From NCBI GenBank assembly GCA_022822205.1, contig JAJECC010000062.1, positions 1,831-65,830 on the forward strand: a DNA stretch of 64,000 nt, read 5' to 3'. Of this stretch, positions 34,856 to 47,467 are shown piece after piece; within the stretch, counting starts at the first letter, position 1; each line of letters opens with the position of its first letter. Below the pieces are notes generated by a model, which saw only the letters and a program-made list of their open reading frames with translations, searched no databases and was not told the origin of the DNA. A program made the position numbers and the translations under genes. This DNA is from Rhodospirillales bacterium (GTDB taxonomy: Bacteria > Pseudomonadota > Alphaproteobacteria > Rhodospirillales > UBA2165).

Positions 34856-35802
34856 TGGAGCTCGGCGGCGTCATCGAGTACGGCTTGTTTTTCCTGAGTT
34901 TCGTCGGGATCTACGCCCTTCTCAGCCTCGGGCTCAACCTGCAATGGGGCCTGACGGGCCAGTTCAATATCGGCATCGCCGGCTTTTTCGCCGTCGGCGC
35001 CTATACCAGCGCCATCGTGACCACGGCGCCGAGCCCCCATCATCTCGGCGGCTTCGGTGCGCCCCTGGCCGTCGGCCTCGTCCTTGCCATGGTGCTGGCC
35101 GGGTTGGTCGCCGTGCTGGTGGGCCTGCTGACGGTCCGCCTCAGAACCGACTATTTGGCCATCGCCACCATCGGCATCGCCGAAATCATTCGCCTGGTGC
35201 TGAAAAACGAGGAATGGCTGACCAACGGGGTCCGGGGCATACCCGGAATCCCCCGCCCCTTCGCCGAGACCCCCGGGGCGGGAACCCTCGGGCAGAGCGA
35301 TGGGGTGTTCCTGCTGGTCGTCGTGGCGCTGATCCTGATCGTCTACTTGGCACTCGAGGCGGCGCGGCGCTCGCCTTGGGGGCGGGTGCTGCGGGCCATC
35401 CGCGAGAACGAGGACGGCGTCCGCGCGGCGGGCAAAGACATCGAGCGGTTCCGCCTCGAAGCGTTCGTCGTCGGTTCCATGATCATGGGCCTGGGCGGCG
35501 CCCTTTTCGCGCACTTCGTCGGCTTCATCAGTCCCGAGGCCTTCACCCCGGAGTTCGCGACCTTCCTCGTCTGGGTAATGCTGATCGCCGGGGGCAGCGG
35601 CAACAACAAGGGCGCGGTCCTCGGGGCATTGATCATCTGGCTGGTCTGGACCGGCACCGAGTTCCTCACCAGCATGGCGCCGCCCGAATACGTGACCCAG
35701 GCCGGCGCCCTCAGGCTCCTGATGATCGGGATATTGGTGCAGGTAATCCTGCTGGTCCGGCCGGACGGCCTGTTGCCCGAAGAGACCGCCGAGCGCAAAT
35801 AG
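34855..35802 (+). CDS. Branched-chain amino acid ABC transporter permease (LivM-like)
   Basis: The ATG overlaps the upstream TGA (TGATG). The translation is MELGGVIEYGLFFL...LNLQWGLTGQFNIG. The long N-terminal extension of the ORF at 33985 is out of frame over livH. Confidence 0.8.
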   Translation: MELGGVIEYGLFFLSFVGIYALLSLGLNLQWGLTGQFNIGIAGFFAVGAYTSAIVTTAPSPHHLGGFGAPLAVGLVLAMVLAGLVAVLVGLLTVRLRTDYLAIATIGIAEIIRLVLKNEEWLTNGVRGIPGIPRPFAETPGAGTLGQSDGVFLLVVVALILIVYLALEAARRSPWGRVLRAIRENEDGVRAAGKDIERFRLEAFVVGSMIMGLGGALFAHFVGFISPEAFTPEFATFLVWVMLIAGGSGNNKGAVLGALIIWLVWTGTEFLTSMAPPEYVTQAGALRLLMIGILVQVILLVRPDGLLPEETAERK

Positions 35803-35851
35803 AAAAGCGGCCCGCCGAAGCGGACCGCTTTCATTATTCACACGTCAGGGA

Positions 35852-37057
35852 TTATTTGGGCTCGAACACCCTCTTCGTGACGATCTTGCCGCCTTCCACT
35901 TCCCAGTGGCCGTAGGTGCCCGCGACGTCGCCGTTCTTGTCGAAGTTCTGGGGCCCCGAGGCGCCGACATAGTCGATATCCTGGCCCGCCTTGATGGCCT
36001 TCACCGCCTCGGCGAACTGACCCGGGCCCACCTGCTTGCCGGGCGGGTTGGCGACCGAGCGCAGCGCATCGCGGATCGCCTTGGGATCGTTCTTGCCCGC
36101 CTTGACGGCCGCGAGACCGGCAAGAATCGTGGCGTCATATGCGCTGTCGATGAACGGCCGCGGCGGCAGTTCTCCGTACTTCTTCTCATACATTTTCCGG
36201 AAGTCGTCCTGGGCCGCGCTCTTGGATTCCGGCGCCGTGGCGTAGGTGCCGTTCAGGAACTTGGCGCCGATGGCCTCGATCAGCTTTTCGTGCTTCATCC
36301 CGTCGGTGAAGACGAACTTGTCGAAGAAGCCGCCTTCGAGGCTCTGCTTGAGGATCGAAATGCCGTCCTCGGGATAGGCGATCAGCAGCAGGCGCTCCGG
36401 CTTGCCCTTCGCCGCTTTCTGAAGTTCGCCCCGGTAGGATGCCTGTTTTTCCTCATAGGCGATGGAGGCGGCAACCTTGCCCTTGAAGTTCTTCGCGAAC
36501 GTCTCGGCCAGGCCTTTGCCGTAGTCGTTGTTGACGTAGATGATGCTGACCGTTTTCAAGTTCTTCTCGGCCGCCACCTGGGCCAGCGCGAGACCCTGCA
36601 CGGCGTCCGTCGGAACGGTCCGGAACAGGAAGTCATTGTCGGCCAGGCCGGTGATGACCGGCGAGGTCGAGGCGCTCGAAATTTGCGGCACGCCCGACTT
36701 GCTGGTGACCGAACTGGAGATCGGAATGGTGACGCCGCTGGACAATGCGCCGATGACCGCTTGGACCTTTTCCACGGACACCAATCGCTTGGCCGCGTCG
36801 ACGCCGGCCTGCGGCGAGGTCTGGGTATCGCCGACGCTGAGCGCCACCTTGCCGCCATTGACGCCGCCCGCGGCATTCATTTCGTCAACGGCCAGTTTGA
36901 CGCCGTTGAGCGAGGCTCCGCCATAGGCCTGCAGGCCGCCGGTCATGGGCATGAGCGCGCCCAGTTTCAGGCCCTCGGCTTGAGCCTGGGTTGCCGGTCC
37001 GGCAGCCACCGCAACGGCAACCAACGCGATACCGGCCATGCGTGAGATTTGAACCAT
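35852..37057 (-). CDS. Periplasmic amino-acid (Leu/Ile/Val-type) ABC substrate-binding protein
   Basis: Has the signal peptide MVQISRMAGIALVAVAVAAGPATQAQA followed by a type I periplasmic binding fold pattern. Confidence 0.8.
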   Translation of the reverse strand: MVQISRMAGIALVAVAVAAGPATQAQAEGLKLGALMPMTGGLQAYGGASLNGVKLAVDEMNAAGGVNGGKVALSVGDTQTSPQAGVDAAKRLVSVEKVQAVIGALSSGVTIPISSSVTSKSGVPQISSASTSPVITGLADNDFLFRTVPTDAVQGLALAQVAAEKNLKTVSIIYVNNDYGKGLAETFAKNFKGKVAASIAYEEKQASYRGELQKAAKGKPERLLLIAYPEDGISILKQSLEGGFFDKFVFTDGMKHEKLIEAIGAKFLNGTYATAPESKSAAQDDFRKMYEKKYGELPPRPFIDSAYDATILAGLAAVKAGKNDPKAIRDALRSVANPPGKQVGPGQFAEAVKAIKAGQDIDYVGASGPQNFDKNGDVAGTYGHWEVEGGKIVTKRVFEPK

Positions 37058-37292
37058 GTTCCCTCCTAACGATTCATGGGTCATGACGGAGAAACTCTAC
37101 TCGGGGCGTCGACCGGGTGCAACGCCCAACCGGCGGCCGATGGTCCCATCCGATGCCTGCGACAGTGGTGTCTTGACACATGATGAACCGGCGTGGTCAT
37201 TGGCGGGTCACCGGGTAGCAGATAATTCTACCGTTCGCCGGCGCGGGGTAAATCCGCGTCATTGACGATCAAGGAAGAGGACCAGAGAAAAA

Positions 37293-39598
<2,306 letters not shown>

Positions 39599-39648
39599 GT
39601 CCCGGCCTTGGCGTTCATCGTCGTCCTCCATGGTGATTTTGGCTGCGC

Positions 39649-42018
39649 ATGAAACGAGTTCTGAAATATGCGGCTTACCTGCTAGGGCTTTTGGCGGTGG
39701 CCGGCGCCGGCGGCATCCTGTGGCTGCGTACCTCCCTTCCCCCGGCGGAGCGCGAGGTCTCCGATCCGCTGCTTGAGGGAACGGTCGAGGTGTTGTTCGA
39801 CGAAAGGGAAGTCCCCTACATCTTCGCGGAAAACCGGCGTGACGCCGCGTTCGCCCTGGGCTTCGCCCACGCGGAGAACCGGCTTTGGCAGATGGAGTCT
39901 CAACGCCGGTTGGCGGCGGGAAGGCTCTCGGAATTCATGGGCTCCCGCACGGTTGGCGTCGACCGTTTCATGCGGACTCTGGGTCTTTATCGGTCCGCCG
40001 AGGCGTCTTTCGCCGGCCTCGAACCCGAAACCAAGGCCGTATTGGAAGCCTACGCCGCGGGCGTGAACCGTTGGCTCGAAACCCGCTCGGGCGCCCTCCC
40101 TCCCGAGTTCGTGGCCTTGCGTCACGAGCCCGAGAGTTGGCGGCCCGCGGACTCGCTGGTATGGGGCAAACTGATGGCCCTCAGGCTCAGCGGCAACTTC
40201 CAGGACGAACTAAACCGGCTGCGGGCGATGAATGCCGGCCATGATCTGGAGCGCCTGAAGGAATTATGGCCGGCCTATCCGGGCGACGGGCCGGTCACCG
40301 GCGGGGAACGGCGGGCGGCGGCGGACCCCGATTACCTCGGCCGGCTGATGGCATCGACGGCCGAAGCCGTGCCGCGTTTCCGGGGCGCCTCGAATTCCTG
40401 GGCGATCGGCGGCGCCCGGACCCAAAGCGGCAAGCCGCTGCTGGCGAACGATCCCCACCTCGGGTTCGGCGCGCCGATTTTGTGGTATCTCGCCAAGATC
40501 GTCACGCCTGAAGGGACATTGACCGGGGCGACGGTTCCGGGCGTGCCGCTGCACGTGTTGGGTCATACGGACGGTCTCGCCTGGGGCATGACGACGACCC
40601 AGACCGATCTCCAGGACCTTTACGTGGAGACCCTCGATCCCGGGCGGCCCGGTCATTATCTCACCCCGGACGGCCCTCGTCCGTTCGAAACCCGGGTCGA
40701 AACATTGGACGTGCGCGGCGGCGAGCCCGTGACGTTCGCGGTTCGCTCGACCCATCGCGGGCCGGTCATCTCGGATCTGGAGCCCGGCGGAAATCCGACC
40801 GTCTCCCTGCAGGCGGTGTTCCTGCGCGGGGCCGATACGACGGCTCAGTCCGTTCTCAAGCTCAATCGCGCACGGAATGCGGCGGAACTGCGGACCGCCC
40901 TCAGGGATTTCAAGGCGCCTCAGCAGAACGTCGTTTACGCCGACACCGACGGCGTATTCGGTTTCATTTCACCCGGCGCCGTGCCGATCCGCAAATCCGG
41001 GCGCGGATTCGTCCCCGGAGACGGCGCCTCCGGCGAGGCGGACTGGACAGGCGTCATTCCGTTCGACGAACTGCCCCAGTCCGAAAACCCCGCCGAGGGG
41101 TTCGTCGCCAACGCCAACAACAAGGTGACGCCGGCGGGCTACCCCTACTTCGTGACGGTGGACTGGACGGCGCCCTACCGGGCCCGGCGAATTGTCGAGA
41201 CCCTGAGGACCCTCGAAGACGCCACCGCCGAGAAGATGACCGGCCTGCAGATGGATTCGGTCTCCCTGGCCGCCCGGGACCTCCTTCCCTTGATGCTTGA
41301 TTTTCAAACCCGGGATGCCGGGCTCCAAAAGGCGATGGACCTGTTGCGCCGGTGGGACGGCGGCATGAACGTCGATCGTCCCGAACCGCTGATTTTCGAT
41401 CGCTGGCTCCGGTCATTGAACCGGGAACTGTATGCCGACGACTTCGGCGGCGCATTCGGCGAGTTCTGGCGAGCGCGGGCGGTGTTCATCCGGAATGTTC
41501 TGTCGGGCGTATCGCCCTCGTGGTGCGACGATGTCGCGACCCGGGCGGTGGAAACCTGCGCCGCGGCCCTGGAGGCCTCGCTCAAGGCGACGCTGGCGGA
41601 GCTTTCCGAGGCCACGGGCGCCTCGAATCCGGCGCGCTGGCGTTGGGGCGATCACCACGTCGCCCGGTTCCGCCATCAGTTTTTCCGGCATGTGCCGGTC
41701 GTCCGCATGCTCACCGACCTCAGCGTCCCGACCTCCGGGGGAAACTTCACGGTCAACCGGGGGACCACCCGGATGCGCAATCCCCGCGCGCCGCACGACC
41801 ATATTCACGGCGCGGGATATCGCGGCGTCTATGATCTCGCCGATCTCTCCCGGTCCCGGTTCGTCATCGCCACGGGGCAGTCGGGAAACCCGTTCTCTCC
41901 GCACTATCGCGATTTTCTGCCGCTATGGGCGTCCGGCGGGCATGTGACGCTCGACAGGACCAAACGGCAACTGGAACAATCGGCGGCCCGCCGCCATACT
42001 TTCCGGCCTCGGCGGTGA
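39649..42018 (+). CDS. Penicillin acylase family Ntn-hydrolase (possible acyl-homoserine-lactone acylase)
   Basis: Has a signal/anchor segment, GFAHAENRLWQM, and the beta-chain nucleophile context GASNSWAIGG (S248, about nt 40390), then LLANDPHL. Confidence 0.85.
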   Translation: MKRVLKYAAYLLGLLAVAGAGGILWLRTSLPPAEREVSDPLLEGTVEVLFDEREVPYIFAENRRDAAFALGFAHAENRLWQMESQRRLAAGRLSEFMGSRTVGVDRFMRTLGLYRSAEASFAGLEPETKAVLEAYAAGVNRWLETRSGALPPEFVALRHEPESWRPADSLVWGKLMALRLSGNFQDELNRLRAMNAGHDLERLKELWPAYPGDGPVTGGERRAAADPDYLGRLMASTAEAVPRFRGASNSWAIGGARTQSGKPLLANDPHLGFGAPILWYLAKIVTPEGTLTGATVPGVPLHVLGHTDGLAWGMTTTQTDLQDLYVETLDPGRPGHYLTPDGPRPFETRVETLDVRGGEPVTFAVRSTHRGPVISDLEPGGNPTVSLQAVFLRGADTTAQSVLKLNRARNAAELRTALRDFKAPQQNVVYADTDGVFGFISPGAVPIRKSGRGFVPGDGASGEADWTGVIPFDELPQSENPAEGFVANANNKVTPAGYPYFVTVDWTAPYRARRIVETLRTLEDATAEKMTGLQMDSVSLAARDLLPLMLDFQTRDAGLQKAMDLLRRWDGGMNVDRPEPLIFDRWLRSLNRELYADDFGGAFGEFWRARAVFIRNVLSGVSPSWCDDVATRAVETCAAALEASLKATLAELSEATGASNPARWRWGDHHVARFRHQFFRHVPVVRMLTDLSVPTSGGNFTVNRGTTRMRNPRAPHDHIHGAGYRGVYDLADLSRSRFVIATGQSGNPFSPHYRDFLPLWASGGHVTLDRTKRQLEQSAARRHTFRPRR

Positions 42019-42034
42019 TTGGAGGCAGGGAACG

Positions 42035-43195
42035 ATGAGCGATGCGGACCGGAAGTCATTCGACACGCGGGTGATCCACGCCGGGCAAGCGCCGGATGCC
42101 GGGACCGGCTCGGTGGTGACCCCCATCTACGCCACCGCGACCTTTGCCCAGGAAAGCCCGGGCAGGACCAAGGGCTATGAATACGCCCGGAGCGCCAATC
42201 CGACCCGGGACGCCTACGAGGCCTGTATCGCCGATCTCGAAAGCGGCGCCCACGGCTTTGCCTTCGCGTCGGGGATGGCGGCAACCACGGCGGTCATCGA
42301 TCTGCTCGATGCCGGCGATCGGGTTCTGGCGCTCCGGGACCTTTATGGCGGCACGACCCGCCTGTTCGAGCAGGTGCGCAAACGAACGGCGGGGCTGGTT
42401 TTCGATTACGCGGACTTCGGCGATGCCGGGGCGCTGGACGGCGCCATCCATCCGGACACCCGGCTGATCTGGCTGGAATCCCCCAGCAATCCGATGTTGA
42501 ACCTCGTGGATCTGGCCGCCGTCGCATCGGTTGCGAGGCAACGGGGAATTTTGACGGTGGTCGACAATACCTTCGCCACGCCATGGATTCAGCGGCCCCT
42601 GGAACTGGGGATCGACATTGTCGTGCATTCGGCGACGAAGTATCTCAATGGCCATTCCGACGTGATCGGCGGCGCCGTCGTGGTCGGCGACGATGAACTC
42701 GCGGAGCGCCTGGGTTTTCTCCAGAACGCCACCGGCGGTATCGCCGGCCCGTTCGATTCCTTTCTTGTGCTCCGCGGATTGAAGACCCTGTCGGTCCGCA
42801 TGGAACGCCATTGCGCCAACGCCCTGAAGATCGCCCGATGGCTGGAAGACCGTCCGGAATTCGGCCGCGTTCTCTATCCGGGCCTCGACTCTCATCCCGG
42901 CCACGGGATTTGCAGCACGCAGATGAACGGGCGCGGCGGCGGTATGGTGACCGCCGTATTGGACCGGGATTTGGCGGGCACGGTCCGGTTTCTGGAACGG
43001 TGCCGGGTATTTACCCTGGCCGAGAGCTTGGGCGGCGTGGAGAGTTTGATCGAGCATCCGGCGATCATGACCCACGCCTCGGTTCCCAAGGCGGTTCGCG
43101 AAGAGGTCGGAATCGCCGACGGACTCGTCAGGCTGTCCGTCGGTATCGAAGACGCCGATGATTTGATCGCCGATTTGCAAACGGCGTTGGAGTAA
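42035..43195 (+). CDS. Trans-sulfuration PLP enzyme (cystathionine gamma-synthase / beta-lyase family)
   Basis: Has the PLP lysine context HSATKYLNGHSDVIGG. The exact specificity cannot be resolved from sequence. Confidence 0.85.
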   Translation: MSDADRKSFDTRVIHAGQAPDAGTGSVVTPIYATATFAQESPGRTKGYEYARSANPTRDAYEACIADLESGAHGFAFASGMAATTAVIDLLDAGDRVLALRDLYGGTTRLFEQVRKRTAGLVFDYADFGDAGALDGAIHPDTRLIWLESPSNPMLNLVDLAAVASVARQRGILTVVDNTFATPWIQRPLELGIDIVVHSATKYLNGHSDVIGGAVVVGDDELAERLGFLQNATGGIAGPFDSFLVLRGLKTLSVRMERHCANALKIARWLEDRPEFGRVLYPGLDSHPGHGICSTQMNGRGGGMVTAVLDRDLAGTVRFLERCRVFTLAESLGGVESLIEHPAIMTHASVPKAVREEVGIADGLVRLSVGIEDADDLIADLQTALE

Positions 43196-43300
43196 GCCCG
43201 CCGCCACCGCCGCCCGGGGGACCAGGCGGGCGCGACTGGCCTCTTGCCGCGGCCCGTCCAATAAGCCTAAGCTGGTCAAAGCCAAAACGGAAGCGGCGCG

Positions 43301-44056
43301 ATGAAACACAACATAAACCGTCGGCCCACCGCCTTTTTCATTACCGCCCCCCTTCCCTGTCCCTATATTCCCGGCAACCTCGAACGGCGGATCGTGGCCG
43401 AGCTTTCGGGCACTACGGCGCCCACGCTTCACGACACGCTATCCCGGGTCGGGTTTCGCCGCAGCCACGGGCTGGTCTATGCCCCGGTCTGCTCCGGTTG
43501 CAATGCCTGTCTCGCCGTCCGAACCGTGGTTTCGGAGTTTGAACCGTCCACCTCGCAGCGCCGGGTATCCCGGGTGAACGAAGATTTGATCGAAGCGGCA
43601 AAGCCGGTCCGGGCGACCGCCGAGCAATTCGAATTGTTCGCCCGGTATCAGGATTCCCGCCACAACGGCGGAGACATGGCGACGATGGACTTTTACGATT
43701 ACCAGGCCCTGATCGAGGAGACCCCGGTCGATTCCGAGTTGATCGAATACCGCACCCCGGACCGCCGGTTGATCGGGGCGTGTCTCGCGGACCGCATGGG
43801 CGACGGCCTCTCCGCGGTCTACAGCTATTTCGATCCGGGCGAGCCGCGCCGCAGTCTCGGAACCTACATGATACTGCGGCTCATCGAGCGGTCCCGGGAA
43901 GCCGGGCTTCCCTACGTTTATCTCGGCTATTGGATCGAGGACAGCCAGAAGATGTCCTACAAGGAACGTTTCAAACCGCTTGAATATTACGCGGGCGACG
44001 GCTGGCGTTCGCTTGAGGAGCGGCACGACTTTCCGGTTCACGAACATTTCTCATAG
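43301..44056 (+). CDS. bpt: Arginyl/leucyl-tRNA-protein transferase Bpt (N-end rule)
   Basis: Has the C-x-Y...C..C..C N-terminal cluster and the SAVYSYFDP...LGTYMIL pattern. Confidence 0.85.
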   Translation: MKHNINRRPTAFFITAPLPCPYIPGNLERRIVAELSGTTAPTLHDTLSRVGFRRSHGLVYAPVCSGCNACLAVRTVVSEFEPSTSQRRVSRVNEDLIEAAKPVRATAEQFELFARYQDSRHNGGDMATMDFYDYQALIEETPVDSELIEYRTPDRRLIGACLADRMGDGLSAVYSYFDPGEPRRSLGTYMILRLIERSREAGLPYVYLGYWIEDSQKMSYKERFKPLEYYAGDGWRSLEERHDFPVHEHFS

Positions 44057-44145
44057 TTGCGCGCTACCGGAATGCGCATATACTTCAAGCAGCTACGAGG
44101 CTCACCAATCGATCAATTTCCAAGTAAGCGAAGGGAGACAATCGC

Positions 44146-45249
44146 ATGAAACGCCGTGAATTTATGAAGGGCGCGGCCGTCGCCGGCGCCGGTGCCGCAG
44201 CCGCCGTATCGACGCTGCCGAAACCGGCGATCGCCCAGGGGAAGAAAGAGCTGAAAATGGTCACCACGTGGCCAAAGAATTTTCCCGGCCTGGGAACCGG
44301 TGCGGAGCGGCTGGCGCGCAACATCACCGCGATGAGCGGCGGCTCGCTTTCGGTAAAGGTGTTCGCCGCCGGCGAATTGGTGCCGCCGTTTGAATCCTTC
44401 GATGCCGTCTCCAGCGGTACCGCCGACATGTACCACGCCGCCGACTATTACTGGCAGGGCAAGTCCAAGGCCTTCAACTTCTATGCGGCGGTTCCGTTCG
44501 GACTCACCGCGACCGAGCAGACCGCGTGGATCCACCATGGCGGCGGCCAGCAGTTATGGGATGAGTTGAGCAAGGGATTCGGCATCAAGCCCTTCATGGC
44601 CGGCAACACCGGAGTCCAGATGGGCGGCTGGTTCAACAAGGAAGTAAACTCGCTGGAGGATTACAAGGGCCTGAAGATTCGCATGCCGGGCCTGGGCGGC
44701 GAAGTCCTGCGCCGGATCGGGGCGGCGGCGGTTTCGCTGCCGGGCGGCGAAATCTTCCCGGCGTTGCAGTCGGGCGCCATCGACGCCACCGAATGGGTCG
44801 GTCCGTGGAACGATCTGGCCTTTGGTTTCTACAAGGTCACCAAGTTCTATTACTATCCGGGCTTCCATGAGCCGGGGACGACTTTGAGCTCGGGTGTCAA
44901 TCTCAAGACATGGGAGGGCCTCAGCGCCGACCATAAGGCGATTATCACCGCGGCGATGGCGGCGGAGAACGACCTCAGCCTCTCCGAGTTCAATGCCCGC
45001 AACAACGGCGCGTTGAATACGCTGACCGGCAAGCACAAAGTCACCGTCAAGAAGTTCCCGGACCCGGTATTGAATGAAATCGGCAAGGCGTCGGGCGAGG
45101 TCGTCGGGGGTGTCCGCTCCGAGGGCGGCATCACGGCAAAGGTGCTCGACAGCTTCCTCGATTTCCGCAAACAGTCCATCGCCTGGTCCAAGCTCTCGGA
45201 TCAGGCCTACTGGAACGCGCGGCTGCTGCCGTTCAAGTACGCAGGCTAA
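44146..45249 (+). CDS. TRAP transporter substrate-binding protein (DctP-type, Tat signal)
   Basis: Has the Tat motif MKRREFMKGAAVAGAGAAAA, and the next two genes are TRAP permeases. Confidence 0.85.
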   Translation: MKRREFMKGAAVAGAGAAAAVSTLPKPAIAQGKKELKMVTTWPKNFPGLGTGAERLARNITAMSGGSLSVKVFAAGELVPPFESFDAVSSGTADMYHAADYYWQGKSKAFNFYAAVPFGLTATEQTAWIHHGGGQQLWDELSKGFGIKPFMAGNTGVQMGGWFNKEVNSLEDYKGLKIRMPGLGGEVLRRIGAAAVSLPGGEIFPALQSGAIDATEWVGPWNDLAFGFYKVTKFYYYPGFHEPGTTLSSGVNLKTWEGLSADHKAIITAAMAAENDLSLSEFNARNNGALNTLTGKHKVTVKKFPDPVLNEIGKASGEVVGGVRSEGGITAKVLDSFLDFRKQSIAWSKLSDQAYWNARLLPFKYAG

Positions 45250-45315
45250 CCGCCTGGACATGATGGCCCGCCCCGACGTGAGGCGGGCCATCGTTCTTTC
45301 GAAGGAGGCTGCCGT

Positions 45316-45861
45316 TTGACTTCCCTGCAGCGCCTCGCCCAAGGCATCGACAACCTCAATGACGTTGTCGGCAAGGCCGCGGCGTGGACCGCCTTGGCCA
45401 TGGTGCTGATTCAGTTCATCGTGGTGGTCATGCGGTATGTGTTCGGCTTGGGCTCGATCATGATGCAGGAATCGGTCGTCTACCTGCACGCCTTCCTGTT
45501 CATGGTCGGGGCCGGGTACACGTTGCTTCATGGCGGCCATGTCCGGGTCGACGTCTTCTATCGGGACGTGTCCCAGTACTGGAAATCGTGGATCGATCTT
45601 GCCGGCGTCGTCGTGTTTCTCCTGCCGGTCTGCCTGCTGGTCTGGTGGTTTTCGTTCCCCTACGTCGAAAACTCCTGGAAGGTTTTCGAGGGGTCCAAGG
45701 AAACCAGCGGCATCCAGGGCGTCTTCCTTCTCAAGTCCGTCATTCTCGCATTCGCGGTTCTCGTGGCGATCCAGGGCGTGTCCATGGCGATTCGGTCGTT
45801 GCTCAGGCTTGCCGGGGTCGAAACACCGGATTCCGAAGCCGAAGACCGGCCCATCGCCTGA
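45316..45861 (+). CDS. TRAP transporter small permease (DctQ-type)
   Basis: A 4-TM protein of 181 aa with a TTG start, lying between the TRAP SBP and the large permease. Confidence 0.8.
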   Translation: MTSLQRLAQGIDNLNDVVGKAAAWTALAMVLIQFIVVVMRYVFGLGSIMMQESVVYLHAFLFMVGAGYTLLHGGHVRVDVFYRDVSQYWKSWIDLAGVVVFLLPVCLLVWWFSFPYVENSWKVFEGSKETSGIQGVFLLKSVILAFAVLVAIQGVSMAIRSLLRLAGVETPDSEAEDRPIA

Positions 45862-45872
45862 GGTCCGCCGGC

Positions 45873-47447
45873 GTGCCGTTTTCCGAAATCCTGACCATCA
45901 TCATGTTCGTGGTGGTGTGCCTGTTCCTGATGGCCGGATTTCCGGTCGCATTCACGCTCGCCGGCACGGCGCTGATCTTTGCCGGGATCGGGTGGATTTT
46001 CGGGGTGTTCGATTTCTCCCTCTTCGGTGCGCTGCCGTCCAGGATTTTCGGCGGGGCGATGACCAACGAGTTGCTGATCGCGGTGCCGCTGTTCGTCTTC
46101 ATGGGCGTGATGCTGGAGCGCTCCAAGGTGGCCGAGGAATTGCTGGATACCATGGGCCGGCTGTTCGGCAGCCTGCGCGGCGGTCTCGGCATTTCGGTGT
46201 CCGTGGTCGGCGCGCTGCTGGCCGCCTCCACCGGCATCGTCGGCGCGACGGTGGTGACCATGGGCCTGCTGTCCCTGCCGACCATGCTGCGGCGCAAATA
46301 CGACACCTCCCTCGCCTGCGGCTCCATCGCCGCCGCCGGCACGCTGGGACAGATCATCCCGCCGTCCATCGTTCTCGTCCTGTTGGGCGACCAGATCTCG
46401 AATGCCTACGTGGACGCCCAGCGCACGGTCGGGAATTTTTCCCCCGAGCCGGTCTCGGTGGGCGATTTGTTCGCCGGCGCGTTGCTGCCCGGCCTCGCCC
46501 TGGTCGGGATGTACATTGTCTATCAGCTCATCGTCGCGTTTCTGAAACCGGATGCCTCCCCGGCGATCCCGAAGGAGGAGCTGGACGACGGCGTCCCGCT
46601 GTTCGGCCGGGTGATGCGCGCCCTGGTGCCGCCCCTGGTGCTGATCGTCGCGGTGCTGGGGTCGATCCTCGCCGGCGTCGCGACCCCGACCGAGGCGGCG
46701 GCGGTCGGCTCCGTGGGCGCCTTGCTGCTCGCGGCGGTTCGCATTTCCGATAGGAAGCCGACCCCCATCTACCTGGCGGGGATCGCTCTTATCGTCATGC
46801 TGTTTCTCACCAACACCATGGATCTCCGGGTGCTGCGGGACGAAATTCCCGCCGGCGACATGGCCGCCATCGCCGCCGCGGTGATCTGTTCGGCGGTTCT
46901 CGCCTGGGGGATGGGGGTGGCGCTCATCCGGGTGACCCAGGATGCGGTGCTGACCCAGGTGGTGCGCTCGACGCTCGAAGTGTCGGCCATGGTCTTCGTC
47001 ATCCTCATCGGCGCGTCGGTGTTCTCGCTGGTCTTCCGCGGCCTCGGCGGCGACGACATGGTGCACGAATTTCTCACCAACCTGCCGGGCGGCATCTACG
47101 GCGCCATGATCGTGGTCATGCTGGTGATGTTCGTTCTCGGCTTCTTCCTCGACTTCATCGAGATCACCTTCGTCGTCGTGCCGATCGTCGCGCCGGTGCT
47201 GCTGCAGTCGGATATCAGTCCCGTCTGGCTCGGCGTGATGATGGCGATGAACCTGCAGACGTCGTTCCTGACGCCGCCCTTCGGCTTTGCCTTGTTCTAT
47301 CTCAGGGGCGTCGCGCCGCCCGAGGTCAAGACGACCCACATCTACAAGGGCGTGCTGCCCTTCGTCGCGATCCAGTTGATCGGGCTCGCCGTTCTGGCCG
47401 CCTTCCCGGCGCTCGCGACGTGGCTGCCCAAGCTGGTTTTCGGTTAG
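45873..47447 (+). CDS. TRAP transporter large permease (DctM-type)
   Basis: GTG start at 45873. It is a polytopic protein reading VPFSEILTIIMFVVVCLFLMAGFPVAFTLAG. The upstream part of ORF 45384 overlaps dctQ out of frame. Confidence 0.85.
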   Translation: MPFSEILTIIMFVVVCLFLMAGFPVAFTLAGTALIFAGIGWIFGVFDFSLFGALPSRIFGGAMTNELLIAVPLFVFMGVMLERSKVAEELLDTMGRLFGSLRGGLGISVSVVGALLAASTGIVGATVVTMGLLSLPTMLRRKYDTSLACGSIAAAGTLGQIIPPSIVLVLLGDQISNAYVDAQRTVGNFSPEPVSVGDLFAGALLPGLALVGMYIVYQLIVAFLKPDASPAIPKEELDDGVPLFGRVMRALVPPLVLIVAVLGSILAGVATPTEAAAVGSVGALLLAAVRISDRKPTPIYLAGIALIVMLFLTNTMDLRVLRDEIPAGDMAAIAAAVICSAVLAWGMGVALIRVTQDAVLTQVVRSTLEVSAMVFVILIGASVFSLVFRGLGGDDMVHEFLTNLPGGIYGAMIVVMLVMFVLGFFLDFIEITFVVVPIVAPVLLQSDISPVWLGVMMAMNLQTSFLTPPFGFALFYLRGVAPPEVKTTHIYKGVLPFVAIQLIGLAVLAAFPALATWLPKLVFG

Positions 47448-47467
47448 GCCCGGGTTACTTCCCCGGA

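Noticed and set aside
37085-37292. SAM-II/SAM-V riboswitch in the metY leader
   Set aside because: A plausible TTGACA-type promoter and small hairpins are present. The conserved SAM-II elements (the GAUUU...GCUU...AAAGCU triplex pattern) are absent.
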